Source: Nitrososphaerota archaeon (GTDB taxonomy: Archaea; Thermoproteota; Nitrososphaeria_A; Caldarchaeales; Caldarchaeaceae). From it: DNA of 64,000 bases. Each line of letters starts with the position of its first letter. The stretch's first letter is position 1. The notes beneath the pieces are model-generated. The model did no database searches. It was given only the letters and a program-made list of their open reading frames with translations, and was not told the origin of the DNA. Where the stretch lies: positions 640,001 through 704,000 of the forward strand of contig JBEPYN010000001.1 in NCBI GenBank assembly GCA_041641305.1. Direction: 5' to 3'. Below are positions 9,709 to 19,636 of the stretch, in pieces. Made by a program: the position numbers and the translations under genes.

Positions 9709-9747
9709 GGGACACAGCTTTATTATTCATCAGGTTCACCGGCCTGC

Positions 9748-10344
9748 ATGGAGGCCGAGGTCTTTCTGGAGCTTCTCAAGGCTATAGTGTCTCTGTTCAT
9801 CATAGTTGACCCGGTAGGTGTCCTGCCGTTTGTCGTCTCGCTGACCGGCGGCCTCTCAACCCATGAGAGGAGGAGGCTGGTCGACCGCTCTGTTGTCGCT
9901 GGAACTTTTCTGCTTCTGGTTTTCTCCATAGGGGGACAGGGTCTGCTCTGGGTTCTCGGCATAGAGTTGCCGAGCTTCACGGTGGCCGGCGGACTTTTGC
10001 TGCTTATTCTCGCTTTGCGCATTCTTGTTCAGGGTGGAGAGGGATGGGGTACACAGGGGAAGACATCGGGCGTGTTTCCGATCGCTTTCCCGCTTCTCGC
10101 GGGGCCCGGCGCCATAACTACGGTCATCTTCTCCATCAACTCCCTCGGCATCCTCTTCTCGGTAATAACCGTCCTCATCGTCATGGGACTGACCTGGCTA
10201 ATTCTCCGCAGCATAGAGCCAGTGCTCAGGGCGATTGGGGAAAGCGGCGCCGACGCCGTAGCCCGCATAATGTCCGTCTTCGTGGCGGCTATTGGTGTTC
10301 AGTACATCGTCTCAGGTCTCGCTGAGATGTCTTCACTCTTTTAG
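9748..10344 (+). CDS. MarC family membrane protein
   Basis: LFIIVDPVG, SFTVAGGLLL, PIAFPLLAGPGAIT, RIMSVFVAAIGVQ. Confidence 0.93.
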   Translation: MEAEVFLELLKAIVSLFIIVDPVGVLPFVVSLTGGLSTHERRRLVDRSVVAGTFLLLVFSIGGQGLLWVLGIELPSFTVAGGLLLLILALRILVQGGEGWGTQGKTSGVFPIAFPLLAGPGAITTVIFSINSLGILFSVITVLIVMGLTWLILRSIEPVLRAIGESGADAVARIMSVFVAAIGVQYIVSGLAEMSSLF

Positions 10345-10809
10345 CAGCACGCAGAGTGCTTCTCCGCCTTTCTGAATTTTTTCAACGAGTTTGAACCCCT
10401 GTGTGGCCAGTAGTTTATCCAGCTCGGTTTCCTGAAGTCCTCGCCGCCTCAGGAAGCTTCTGACACGTGTGACCACCACGAGTTTTCCGCCCTGTCTGAG
10501 CAGCCGTCTCGCCTCGGTCATGAAAGCACGCTTGTTCAAAGCCTTCTCGAGACTGTGGAGAGCGAGGACCGTGTCAAAGCTTGTGGAGGGCAGCTCGACC
10601 AACCGCTCGATAACCCGTGTGTAAACAGGTGTGATTTTGACGCCGGCGCTGTTTGTCGCGAGTTTTTGGAGAGCTTGGCTGTCGTCATCCGCTACATGTG
10701 CCTCGGAAAGACCCAGCCATTTAACGAGGTCCGCGGCCATGCCTGCTCCGCCGATTATCAATACTTTTCCGCCGACACCTGTTTTTGCCAGAGCCTCGAC
10801 GAGGGTCAT
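10333..10809 (-). CDS. Class I SAM methyltransferase-like protein (degenerate motif I)
   Basis: KVLIIGGAG, LPSTSFDTVL, EARRLLRQGGKLVV. Confidence 0.65.
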   Translation of the reverse strand: MTLVEALAKTGVGGKVLIIGGAGMAADLVKWLGLSEAHVADDDSQALQKLATNSAGVKITPVYTRVIERLVELPSTSFDTVLALHSLEKALNKRAFMTEARRLLRQGGKLVVVTRVRSFLRRRGLQETELDKLLATQGFKLVEKIQKGGEALCVLLKE

Positions 10810-12305
10810 TCTCCCAGCACCAGCCTATAATACGGCCTCATAGAGCCTTGCTGGGCGTCGACGTAAACGCCTTTGGGCTCGAGGTAGTGTTCTATGGCGA
10901 GGACCGTGTTGTTTCGTCCGATGCCCGACTGTTTGAACCCTCCCCAAGGCATTTCTGCGGGAAGAGTGTAGTAGGTGTTTATCCACACGGCGCCAGCCTT
11001 CACCCTAGATGCAACTCTCATAGCCCGGCCGGGGTCGCTGCTCCACACACCGGCCGCGAGACCGTAGATTGTGGCGTTGGCTTGTTCCACAGCCTCGTCC
11101 TCGTTACTGAACTCGGTCACCGTCAAAACTGGTCCGAAGATCTCCTCTTGAAAGAGCCTGCTCTCCGGCGGCGTGTCATCTATCACAGTCGGCTGCATAT
11201 AGTTTCCATTAGCGTAGAAGCCTTCGGCCAACCTTTCACCGCCGTGAACAATTTTCAGCCCCTCTGAAGCCGCTGCGCCAACGTATTCGAGAACAGTTTC
11301 GAGCTGGCCCCTGCTCACCAAGGGCCCCATGTCACTCCGCTCATCCAGCTGGTAGCCGACGCGCATCCGCTTCACACGTTCAACAACCATCTGCACAAAC
11401 TGTTTCTTAACCTTGCTGTGAACAAGTAGACGTGAACCCGCTGCACAAGACTCGCCGTTGTTGGCGTAAGCACCGTACACCACGGCGTTGGCAGCTCTCT
11501 CAAGGTCTGCGTCATCAAAAACTATGTTCGGGTTCTTTCCACCCAATTCTAGAACAACTCTCTTGAGATGAGAGGATGCTTTCTGCATAATGTTCTTTCC
11601 CACAGATGTTGAGCCGGTGAAGTTCACCAAGTCAACCTTCTCACTCTTCAAAAGCTTATCACCCACCGTCTCCCCTCCTCCGGTGACAACGTTGAAAACA
11701 CCTTTCGGTGCCCCGGCTTTGTCCAATATCTTGGCCAGCTCAAGGGCTGTGGCTGGTGTGAGAGATGATGGTTTCGCGACTACGGTGCAGCCTACGGCGA
11801 GTGCGGGCGCCACCTGCCTACACAGTATGACGAGTGGGAAGTTCCACGGCACGATTGCGGCGACGACTCCGACCGGTTGCTTAACTATGGAGACGATGTC
11901 CCCTGTTCTAAGTATCTGGCTTGTTCCGAGAACTTTGTCAGCCAATCCGGCGTAGTATTCGAGGAGCTCCGCGGCTCTCGGAATGTCGCTCATCCGGCTT
12001 GTGCGTATTGTTTTTCCGACGAAGAGGCTTTCCATCCTTGCGAGGTTGTCGAGGCTCTGACGTAGAAGCTCAGCCGCCTTCAACAGGACACGCATCCTCA
12101 TCCTATAGTCGGACACCCATCCTCCAACATCTCTGTCAAAGGCCCTACGAGCCGCGTCAACAGCCGCACCAACATCCTCAACCCCGTCGGCGACAAGCCC
12201 TATGACGTTAGACTCGTCACCCGGGTCACGTCGCTCCAAATATTTCCCCGAAGAGGGCGGCACCTCCTCACCGTCAACAAACAGGTTTATCTTCAAGACA
12301 AGCAT
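10806..12305 (-). CDS. Aldehyde dehydrogenase family protein
   Basis: PWNFP, KPSSLTP, FTGSTSVG, LELGGK, GESCAAGSR, EEIFGPV. Start set at ATG 12305 to avoid overlap with thiI. Confidence 0.95.
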   Translation of the reverse strand: MLVLKINLFVDGEEVPPSSGKYLERRDPGDESNVIGLVADGVEDVGAAVDAARRAFDRDVGGWVSDYRMRMRVLLKAAELLRQSLDNLARMESLFVGKTIRTSRMSDIPRAAELLEYYAGLADKVLGTSQILRTGDIVSIVKQPVGVVAAIVPWNFPLVILCRQVAPALAVGCTVVAKPSSLTPATALELAKILDKAGAPKGVFNVVTGGGETVGDKLLKSEKVDLVNFTGSTSVGKNIMQKASSHLKRVVLELGGKNPNIVFDDADLERAANAVVYGAYANNGESCAAGSRLLVHSKVKKQFVQMVVERVKRMRVGYQLDERSDMGPLVSRGQLETVLEYVGAAASEGLKIVHGGERLAEGFYANGNYMQPTVIDDTPPESRLFQEEIFGPVLTVTEFSNEDEAVEQANATIYGLAAGVWSSDPGRAMRVASRVKAGAVWINTYYTLPAEMPWGGFKQSGIGRNNTVLAIEHYLEPKGVYVDAQQGSMRPYYRLVLGE

Positions 12306-12362
12306 GAGAAGAGGACGGCGGGCTTTATGGTTTTTTAAAATGTGGGAAGCATGTTTAACGGG

Positions 12363-13565
12363 ATGGAGGCCGCCATCGTAATCCATCATTCTGAAATAGC
12401 TTTGAAGGGTAGGAAACGCGGATATTTTGAGACAAAGCTAGTGGATAACATCAAGTATGTGCTTGGACGGGGGACGCCTGTTTTCAGGGATGAGAATAGG
12501 CTCGTAATCATGCCTTTCACGGGAGACGGCGGAGAAACTGTTGAGAAGCTGCGGAAAATCTTCGGGATACACAACGTCGGAGTAGGTGTCAGGGTGGAGC
12601 CTACGGTGGATGAGATAGAGAAGGCTGTCCACCATGTTGTTGAGAAGGAGCAGCTGACATCGCTCTGGCTGGAGGTCAAAAGGTCATACAAAGGCCATCC
12701 CTTCACATCACAGGAACTGCACAAGACACTTGTCTCTAACTTGGTTCAGCACGGTCTTCAGATATCAAAGAACTCTGGACACATGATGCGGGTTGAGGTC
12801 ACCGAGAAAAACGCCTATGTCTATGCACATATCGTCAAGGGCTTCGGGGGCCTGCCTGTCGACAGCAGCGGCAGAGTGCTCGCTCTGCTGTCGGGCGGAG
12901 TGGATTCGGCGGTTGCCTCGCTTCTACTCATGAAACGCGGCTGCCGCGTCGATTTCCTCCACCTACACAGCTACAGAACATCAGATGAGGCGGTAAAAGA
13001 GAAGATAGGCGCGGTCGTTGAGAAACTCACGGAATACAACCTCAAATCCATCCTATACACAGCGAGCTTCACACCCTTCTACAAACATGTCTGGGATAAG
13101 AAGACAAGGCAGGAAATTGTTCTTTTCCGTCGCTATCTCCTAAGAGTCGCCGAAGAAATCGCGTTGTCCCATGGATACCGGGCGCTGGTGCTTGGCGATA
13201 GCCTCGCACAAGTGGCTTCACAAACCCTCCCAAACATATCCGCCGTCGGTCAGCCGCGAATACCGATATTCAGGCCACTCATAGGACTTGACAAGGCAGA
13301 GATAATCGAGTTGGCGGAGAAATATGGCATCTTCGAGACGGTGTCAAAACCATACAAGGACTGCTGCTCAATCATAGCACGTCATCCAGCCACCAAGACA
13401 GACAGCCGCCGCGTCGAAAAGGAGTGGCAGCTTTTTGGATTGGATGCGGCTGTTGAGCAGACCCTTCAAGAGATAGAGGTTTACAGATGCACATTAAGAG
13501 CAGGGCTTCACAAACTTTCTCCACAGCCCGTAAAGGATGTGGTTACGGAAAACCATAACCCATAA
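12363..13565 (+). CDS. thiI: tRNA 4-thiouridine synthase ThiI (THUMP + PP-loop, no rhodanese domain)
   Basis: EIALKG, GGLPVDSSG, LLSGGVDS, GDSLAQVASQTL, RPLIGLDK, DCC. Confidence 0.93.
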   Translation: MEAAIVIHHSEIALKGRKRGYFETKLVDNIKYVLGRGTPVFRDENRLVIMPFTGDGGETVEKLRKIFGIHNVGVGVRVEPTVDEIEKAVHHVVEKEQLTSLWLEVKRSYKGHPFTSQELHKTLVSNLVQHGLQISKNSGHMMRVEVTEKNAYVYAHIVKGFGGLPVDSSGRVLALLSGGVDSAVASLLLMKRGCRVDFLHLHSYRTSDEAVKEKIGAVVEKLTEYNLKSILYTASFTPFYKHVWDKKTRQEIVLFRRYLLRVAEEIALSHGYRALVLGDSLAQVASQTLPNISAVGQPRIPIFRPLIGLDKAEIIELAEKYGIFETVSKPYKDCCSIIARHPATKTDSRRVEKEWQLFGLDAAVEQTLQEIEVYRCTLRAGLHKLSPQPVKDVVTENHNP

Positions 13566-13589
13566 TTTTCCCCCATCGGTTTAGAGCCT

Positions 13590-15119
13590 GTGAAAAACAT
13601 CGAAATAACCGAGGCCATCAACTACCACGAATCCACGAAACACAGCTACGTCAGCGTCAGAACAGGCGGCCACGTGCTTGACTGGGACAACAAGCCCCAT
13701 TCCTTCAAAATCTATGAAGACCTTCCGAAAACACCTCTGCCCAAAGACATACCGTTGCCCATGAAACCCGTCTTCGCATCATACACATCTAAGCCGTCGT
13801 CGGAGAAAAGCCTCGACCTCAAAACCCTCGCCTCAATACTCTACTTCACAGGAGGCATTACACGGGTCGTCGAATACGGCTGGGAAACGGTCTACTTTCG
13901 AGCAGCCCCTGCCACGGGCGCCCTCTACCCAATTGAGCTATATCTCGTCGCCGGAGATGTTGAGGGGATTGAGCCGGGCGTATACCACTTTGACGCCCGA
14001 ACCTTTTGCCTCACAGAGCTGAGGCGAGGAGACTTCAGAGGATTCCTCGCAAAATACTCAGACCATTCCGTTGCTAATTGTTCGGCGGCGGTTGTCTTCA
14101 CATCGATTGGGTGGCGGAATGCATGGAAATATCGTGAAAGGTCTTACAGGCACTGGTTCTGGGACTCGGGCGTTATGGCGGCTAACGTGCTGCTTACATG
14201 TAATTCTTTCGACCTCCGTTGCAGGTTGCTGACTGGTTTTGTTGACAGTGAGGTGAATATGCTGCTTGGTGTAGATGGTGTGAGAGAGGCCGCTGTCATC
14301 GTGGCCCCTCTTGGCTACAGCGAAAAACCCCCTGGCGAAACGAGGCCGGATGTGATTGAGCCGAAGACAAGGCCCTTGTCAAGACATGAGAAACGCTATC
14401 CACTTATCGAGAGAATTCATGAGGCATCGTGCCTGCATAGCGTCGCGGAGCTTCGAGACTGGTTGGCGGCAGCAGCCGAGCCAACATCTCTTCCCAAGCC
14501 TCGTGAACATGGAAAAGAACTCAACCCATCGGCCGAGGATGGCCCCCCGCTGTGGGAGACCATTCTCCGACGCGGGTCAACGAGAAAATTCAGCAGAACA
14601 CCGATAATCTATGACGCGTTGTCAACAATTGTGAAGAAAGCCTCTGTCCAGGTTCCAACGGATTACCGCGGCCCGGTTGTCTCACTTTTCGCGATTATCA
14701 ACTCTGTTGAGGGGGTGGAGCCTGGGGCCTACATAGTTTCCGATGAAAAACTCGTCGTTGTCAAGAAGGGTGAGTTTAGGAGGGTGAGCGGCTACCTATG
14801 TCTTGAACAGAGGCTTGGCGAGGATGCGGCCGTTGTGTTCTTCCCCATGGCGCCTCTCATGAACCTTCTGCATAGGATGGGTAACCGAGGATACCGCGTC
14901 GCCCAGCTAGAAGGCGGGATAAGAGCTGGCCTCATATATCTCGCCTCATACGGACTTGGAATAGGCGCTACAGGCCTGACCTTCTACGACGACGACGTAA
15001 AACAATTCTTCACACCATTCTCCGAGGAACTCGAGAACATCATAGTGGTGGCCGCCGGAAACCCGGCGTACCGCGCCAAAAGCGGCAAACTCATCCTCGG
15101 TGTAGAAAATTGTCTATAA
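13590..15119 (+). CDS. SagB/ThcOx-family FMN dehydrogenase (tandem nitroreductase domains)
   Basis: YHESTKH, RAAPATGALYPIELY, WKYRERSYR..DSG; second domain RRGSTRKF, RGYRVAQLEGG, GATGLTFYDD. Confidence 0.88.
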   Translation: MKNIEITEAINYHESTKHSYVSVRTGGHVLDWDNKPHSFKIYEDLPKTPLPKDIPLPMKPVFASYTSKPSSEKSLDLKTLASILYFTGGITRVVEYGWETVYFRAAPATGALYPIELYLVAGDVEGIEPGVYHFDARTFCLTELRRGDFRGFLAKYSDHSVANCSAAVVFTSIGWRNAWKYRERSYRHWFWDSGVMAANVLLTCNSFDLRCRLLTGFVDSEVNMLLGVDGVREAAVIVAPLGYSEKPPGETRPDVIEPKTRPLSRHEKRYPLIERIHEASCLHSVAELRDWLAAAAEPTSLPKPREHGKELNPSAEDGPPLWETILRRGSTRKFSRTPIIYDALSTIVKKASVQVPTDYRGPVVSLFAIINSVEGVEPGAYIVSDEKLVVVKKGEFRRVSGYLCLEQRLGEDAAVVFFPMAPLMNLLHRMGNRGYRVAQLEGGIRAGLIYLASYGLGIGATGLTFYDDDVKQFFTPFSEELENIIVVAAGNPAYRAKSGKLILGVENCL

Positions 15120-15212
15120 ACATGCTAATGCTCATTATTATAATTTACGTGTATGTATTTTCTTACGAAATGATGAAATATATTTATGATAGTGTTTTGA
15201 AAAAACCCTGAA

Positions 15213-16253
15213 ATGCCGTACGTAAGAAGAGTCCAGAGAGTTGGCTCGGGCACGCTGACGGTCTCGCTTCCACGAAAATGGGTGGAGAGGTCGGGGCTCA
15301 AGCCAGGTGACCCGGTGTCTATAATCGAGCTGTCCGACGCCGCACTGAAGCTGGAGACCAAGATTGAGCGCACGCCTCAGCACACCGTCTTCACCCTCGA
15401 CGCCTCAAAGATAAGAGACAAAGCTCTTCTAAGCAGGCTTGTGATAGGCGCTTATCTGCAGGGCTTCGAGGAGATAAACATCATCTCAGGTGAAGGGGTA
15501 TCCGAAGAGGTTCAAGCCGCCATAGCCTCGACAATCGATATGCTGCCGGGTGTGGAGATCGTTGAGCAGTCGACGAGAAGGGTTATCATACAGTCTTTCC
15601 TAGACCCCAGCAAGTTCCCGGTCCAGGGCATAATCAAGCGGATGCAGGTTATGCTTACCATGGGGATAAACAACTTGATAGAGGCGCTCAAGGAAGGTAA
15701 GAAGGATGCTTTAAGCGACATCGCAAAGATGGAGACCAAGGTGGATGAGCTCTATTTTCTCTGCATTAGACAGATTTTCTTCAGCGTGAAGAGGGAGGTG
15801 TGGGGTGAGGAGGTCTCAGACCCATACATAGCCGCCATAGGTGACAGGCTTGTGGTCCGCGCCCTCGAAGAAGTCGCTGACTCACTGAAGCTAACAGCTG
15901 CAGAAGTTCAGAAGCTCCTAAACACAAAGCTTTCTCCCTCGATGGTGAACAAGCTCGCCAAACTACTCGAATCCATTCAGGTGCTTTTTGGAAAAACGAT
16001 GAAGGCCTTTCTCTCCCTCGACATCAACCTCGCCAACGAAGTGATTGAGGTCACAACCAAGCAATACGGTGAAGAGATGGCGTTCAACGACATTTTTTCA
16101 CATGGTGTCAACGACTTGGCGACGGCTGTCAGCCTCCGCAACTTTGTGTATAACATCATCAGCATTGCGAGGAACTGTAAAATCATAGCCGAAGTGACGA
16201 TGAACAGGTTTGTGAGAACTCCGTCTAAGCTTGTGACGGTGGAGAGTGTTTAG
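15213..16253 (+). CDS. AbrB/SpoVT-PhoU domain regulator (phosphate uptake regulator family)
   Basis: RRVQRVGSGTLTVSLPRKW (AbrB), AYLQGFEEI, G.EIVEQ, ETKVDELYFL, PhoU helical repeats. Confidence 0.9.
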   Translation: MPYVRRVQRVGSGTLTVSLPRKWVERSGLKPGDPVSIIELSDAALKLETKIERTPQHTVFTLDASKIRDKALLSRLVIGAYLQGFEEINIISGEGVSEEVQAAIASTIDMLPGVEIVEQSTRRVIIQSFLDPSKFPVQGIIKRMQVMLTMGINNLIEALKEGKKDALSDIAKMETKVDELYFLCIRQIFFSVKREVWGEEVSDPYIAAIGDRLVVRALEEVADSLKLTAAEVQKLLNTKLSPSMVNKLAKLLESIQVLFGKTMKAFLSLDINLANEVIEVTTKQYGEEMAFNDIFSHGVNDLATAVSLRNFVYNIISIARNCKIIAEVTMNRFVRTPSKLVTVESV

Positions 16254-17350
16254 GGTCTCTGAGCGAGAAAAGCACCTACCAGCATGGATAGAGTGAAGAA
16301 GAGAAGAACAGCTGGGAAGCCGTAGAAGTCGGCGAGGAAACCGGCTACCACCGGTCCGACGAGAAAACAACTTCCTATCAACGCCTCGAAAACACCTATC
16401 AGAAACACGGAGCTTGAGCTCTCTCCGCCGGAGACGAGGTAGAGGGTGTATACGTATGCGATTGAGACCGTCGCGCCGACGGGAATCATCAGAGGAGTGT
16501 AGGCAGCTGTCGATGGCGGAAGATAGATGAGTGCAAGTGCCCAGAGCGCTGTTACGACACTTAGAGCTGTGAGAAGAATCTTGACAGATGAGGGGTTGAG
16601 GCGTGATAAAAGATAGGACGTAAGAACCCGTGCACCAATCAAGATGAAAAAGAGAAACCCTACATCAAGCTCCGTCAACCCTTGGAGAACCAGGTATCCG
16701 GGCAAAACGGCGTATGTTGAGGCTAGAACTATGAAGTAGGGTGCTGAGTAGATTATTGGTGCGAAGCTTTTGAGTGGCTGTTTGTTGCTGGCGATGGTGA
16801 TCTCTGGTTTCGAGGGGTTTGCTTTGGCGAAAACAGCTGCAGAGGCTGCTGATACAGCCGCAGATATGAGGAAAAGGTTTCGCAGCCCGAGGATGTTTGC
16901 CAACGCGCCTGAGACGAGGGTGCCTACTAGGAAACCCATGCTAACCGCTGAAAGGAAGAGGCTGAATGCGCGAAGCCTCTCACCCTTTGGGAAGCTGTTC
17001 GCGACAATTGATTCGCCGCATGGAAAAAACAGAAACATCGCAACACCCATCACGAGCTGTGAGAAGAAGACCATGTCAAGGCCGTTAGCGAGCCACATCA
17101 ACAAGTTTGAAAGCATCATAAAAAGCGCTGAAAACGGCAGTAGAAGGCTCCACCTTACCCTGAGCAGCACAGACGCCGTAAACACGGAGATGAGGACGTA
17201 GGGAAGGTTTCTGATAAACCCCATCAGAAAACCTACTTCAGTAAAAGATGCCTCAAGTGCTACGGCGAAGATGGGCGCATTCTGCATCATCGCCATGAGA
17301 GCGAAACCCATCAGGAGAGAGCCTGTCCACAGCGCTCTTAGGTTCGGCAA
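16250..17350 (-). CDS. MFS transporter
   Basis: About 12 hydrophobic helices; GPVVAGFLAD. Confidence 0.85.
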   Translation of the reverse strand: MPNLRALWTGSLLMGFALMAMMQNAPIFAVALEASFTEVGFLMGFIRNLPYVLISVFTASVLLRVRWSLLLPFSALFMMLSNLLMWLANGLDMVFFSQLVMGVAMFLFFPCGESIVANSFPKGERLRAFSLFLSAVSMGFLVGTLVSGALANILGLRNLFLISAAVSAASAAVFAKANPSKPEITIASNKQPLKSFAPIIYSAPYFIVLASTYAVLPGYLVLQGLTELDVGFLFFILIGARVLTSYLLSRLNPSSVKILLTALSVVTALWALALIYLPPSTAAYTPLMIPVGATVSIAYVYTLYLVSGGESSSSVFLIGVFEALIGSCFLVGPVVAGFLADFYGFPAVLLFFTLSMLVGAFLAQRP

Positions 17351-18472
17351 CTACTGCACCAGCTTCATCTGCTCCATCGACTTGTGACCCAGCCCCGTGA
17401 GAATAACCAAGACTCTTTGCGGCGAAGACACTATCTCATCAAGCCGTTTTCTCACAGCTGCGTAGGCCGCGGCTGAGGAGAGCTCGGCGTAGAAACCCGC
17501 CCAAGCCAGCTGCTTATGTGCCTTGATTATGTCTTCGTCGGAGACAACCTCGACATCGCCGCCGAAAACCTCGAGCATGTCAACCATCTGCCGCAGCCTC
17601 GGAGGATTAGTTTGTGTCAGAGCATCTGCTATGCTTCCCCCAACCAAGTAAGGAGCGGGGTTCTGTTTTTTGTAAGCTGCGTAGAGTGGCGCGTTTAGCT
17701 GAGGCTGGACAGCTACAATTTGGGGGATTTTCTCGATGACACCTGCTTCAACCATGTCTCTGAAGCCTTTGTAGAGGCCGATCAAGAGTGTTCCCGCTGA
17801 AACTGGGAGATATATTATGTCGGGCGGGTTCCAGCCTGTTTGTTCAGCGACTTCGTAGGCGACGGTCTTCATGCCCTCTATGAAGTAGGGGTTCCACGTG
17901 TGCCCGACGTAGATGAGCCCGTTTTTCTCGGCATGTTTTACAGCTTCTTCCTCTACTTTCTGACGAGGGCCATCAACCAGCCTCAGATCGGCTCCATACA
18001 TCCTCACCTGCAGCACCTTCTCACTCACCATCGACCCGCCTCCAAATATTACACAGTTTAGGCCCAAGAACGCGCAGTAAGCTGCCACCGACGCTCCAGC
18101 GTTTCCCGACGAGTCTTCACACACCCCCTGCACGTTTCCCAAAATGTTTCTTAGGCTTGTCATCATAGCTGCTGTTCCACGGTCTTTGAACGAGCCTGTC
18201 GGGTTGAGGTACTCAAGTTTGAAGTAAATGTTTGGGGTTGGCGCTTGGACGAGCGGTGTGTATCCCTCGCCGAGCGTGACAGGGGTTTTGCGCATGCTCG
18301 GGGGGAGAAACTCTCTATACCTCCACATGTTTTTCTCATTTTGCCTGATTTTCGAGACCATGAATTCGCGGCCGTATGCGACGACGCCGGGTCCACCGCA
18401 CCGGCTGCACCTCCACTCGTCAAACGGCTTCAAAACCTCTCCACAGTTGTAGCAGACAATCTGCTCCTCCAA
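17351..18472 (-). CDS. thrC: Threonine synthase-like PLP enzyme with N-terminal Zn ribbon
   Basis: CYNC..CSRC, TLGEGYTP, NPTGSFKDRG, SSGNAGAS, EGMKTVAYE, LTGLGHK. Confidence 0.85.
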   Translation of the reverse strand: MEEQIVCYNCGEVLKPFDEWRCSRCGGPGVVAYGREFMVSKIRQNEKNMWRYREFLPPSMRKTPVTLGEGYTPLVQAPTPNIYFKLEYLNPTGSFKDRGTAAMMTSLRNILGNVQGVCEDSSGNAGASVAAYCAFLGLNCVIFGGGSMVSEKVLQVRMYGADLRLVDGPRQKVEEEAVKHAEKNGLIYVGHTWNPYFIEGMKTVAYEVAEQTGWNPPDIIYLPVSAGTLLIGLYKGFRDMVEAGVIEKIPQIVAVQPQLNAPLYAAYKKQNPAPYLVGGSIADALTQTNPPRLRQMVDMLEVFGGDVEVVSDEDIIKAHKQLAWAGFYAELSSAAAYAAVRKRLDEIVSSPQRVLVILTGLGHKSMEQMKLVQ

Positions 18473-18559
18473 CTTATCCCCGGAAAAAGATGTAAACCAT
18501 TATTTTTCCTATTCCATCGCCTGTTTTGGTTTAAATCGCCGTGGGAACGCATCACTTGT

Positions 18560-19636
18560 ATGAAGAGGCCCTCGGCCACACAGTTGGCCGTCGCGGCAGC
18601 AGTTATCTCATGGCTGATAAGCTTCTACATTCATCACCCCCTGGTCGAGGGCAGCATATACAGCGATGTTGCATCGTTCTGGTGGCGTGAGGAAAACCTG
18701 CAGCGTGGAGAGGCTCCATGCATACAGTATTTCTTCGAGTACCCGCCGACGGCCTGCCTCATGATATACGCCTCGCGTCTGCTGGGCGGCGCCTCTCAAA
18801 CAGGATACTATGTTGTGTATTCGCTGCTCAGCTTACCCGCTTTCATAGTCTTAGCAGTTTGCCTGTCGAGGTTAGCTGGGCTGCCCGGCTCTTTTTTCAT
18901 CCTTGCACCGAGCATGGTCGTCTACGGTGTATACAATTTTGACCATTTTTTCACCGCGTTTCTGGCTGCGGCGTTGCTTATGCAGGCCAGGGGTAGATGG
19001 CGTGCAGCTGCGGTGTTGCTTGGCGTAAGTTTCTCGGTCAAGCTTTTCACGGTTCTTCTTCTTCCACTGTTGATGTTGGAGGCCGGTGGCAGGAGAAAGG
19101 CTGCTGCGACTGTGTTGTTTTTCGCGGTTGGAGCTTTACCGACTTGGGTGCCGGTGGTTTTACTTAATCCCGGCTGGCTGTCCGAGTTCATTCGTTTTCA
19201 TTCTTTATGGGGGCTTGAGAATTCATGGCTCGTCTGGCTTTCCAACGACCCCTTCTCGCAGTCCGCCAAACTCGTCGCCTACCTCACAGCCCTCCTGCTC
19301 ATCATCCGCGCCTACACATTAACAGCGTCCTTCGCCGCGAGAGGCTTCCTCACACTCGCAGGTTTTCTGATTGGTTCGCCGACCTTCACACCTCAGATGA
19401 CGCTTTGGCTTCTCCCATTCACAGCCGCTTTCACAAAACTGTGGATATGGCTGCCCCTGTTTGAGTCAGCAAATGTCGCAATCATATTCACATGGTTTCT
19501 AACGGACACTCCTACTCTGCCGTGGACCCCTCCCCAGACGATGGCTCTCCTCCGCGTTACCGCGCTCGCAGCTATGTGGGCAACAGTATATAGAGCGCCC
19601 GCGTTAGCCGACTTTAGGAAAGTGAACAGCAGTTGA
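18560..19636 (+). CDS. GT-C fold polyprenyl-phospho-sugar glycosyltransferase (GT87-like) membrane protein
   Basis: YSDV, FEYPP, NFD, SVKLF, FTPQMTLWLLP; multi-TM. ATG 18560 avoids overlap with thrC. Confidence 0.75.
   Translation: MKRPSATQLAVAAAVISWLISFYIHHPLVEGSIYSDVASFWWREENLQRGEAPCIQYFFEYPPTACLMIYASRLLGGASQTGYYVVYSLLSLPAFIVLAVCLSRLAGLPGSFFILAPSMVVYGVYNFDHFFTAFLAAALLMQARGRWRAAAVLLGVSFSVKLFTVLLLPLLMLEAGGRRKAAATVLFFAVGALPTWVPVVLLNPGWLSEFIRFHSLWGLENSWLVWLSNDPFSQSAKLVAYLTALLLIIRAYTLTASFAARGFLTLAGFLIGSPTFTPQMTLWLLPFTAAFTKLWIWLPLFESANVAIIFTWFLTDTPTLPWTPPQTMALLRVTALAAMWATVYRAPALADFRKVNSS

Noticed and set aside
15170-15211. Possible C/D box sRNA (ATGATGA...CTGA)
   Set aside because: Only 42 nt, extremely AT-rich guides, no clear D'/C' boxes; better explained as the promoter of the PhoU-like gene
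18245-18559. N-terminal extension of the glycosyltransferase ORF
   Set aside because: Antisense to thrC; ATG 18560 follows a TTTAAA box
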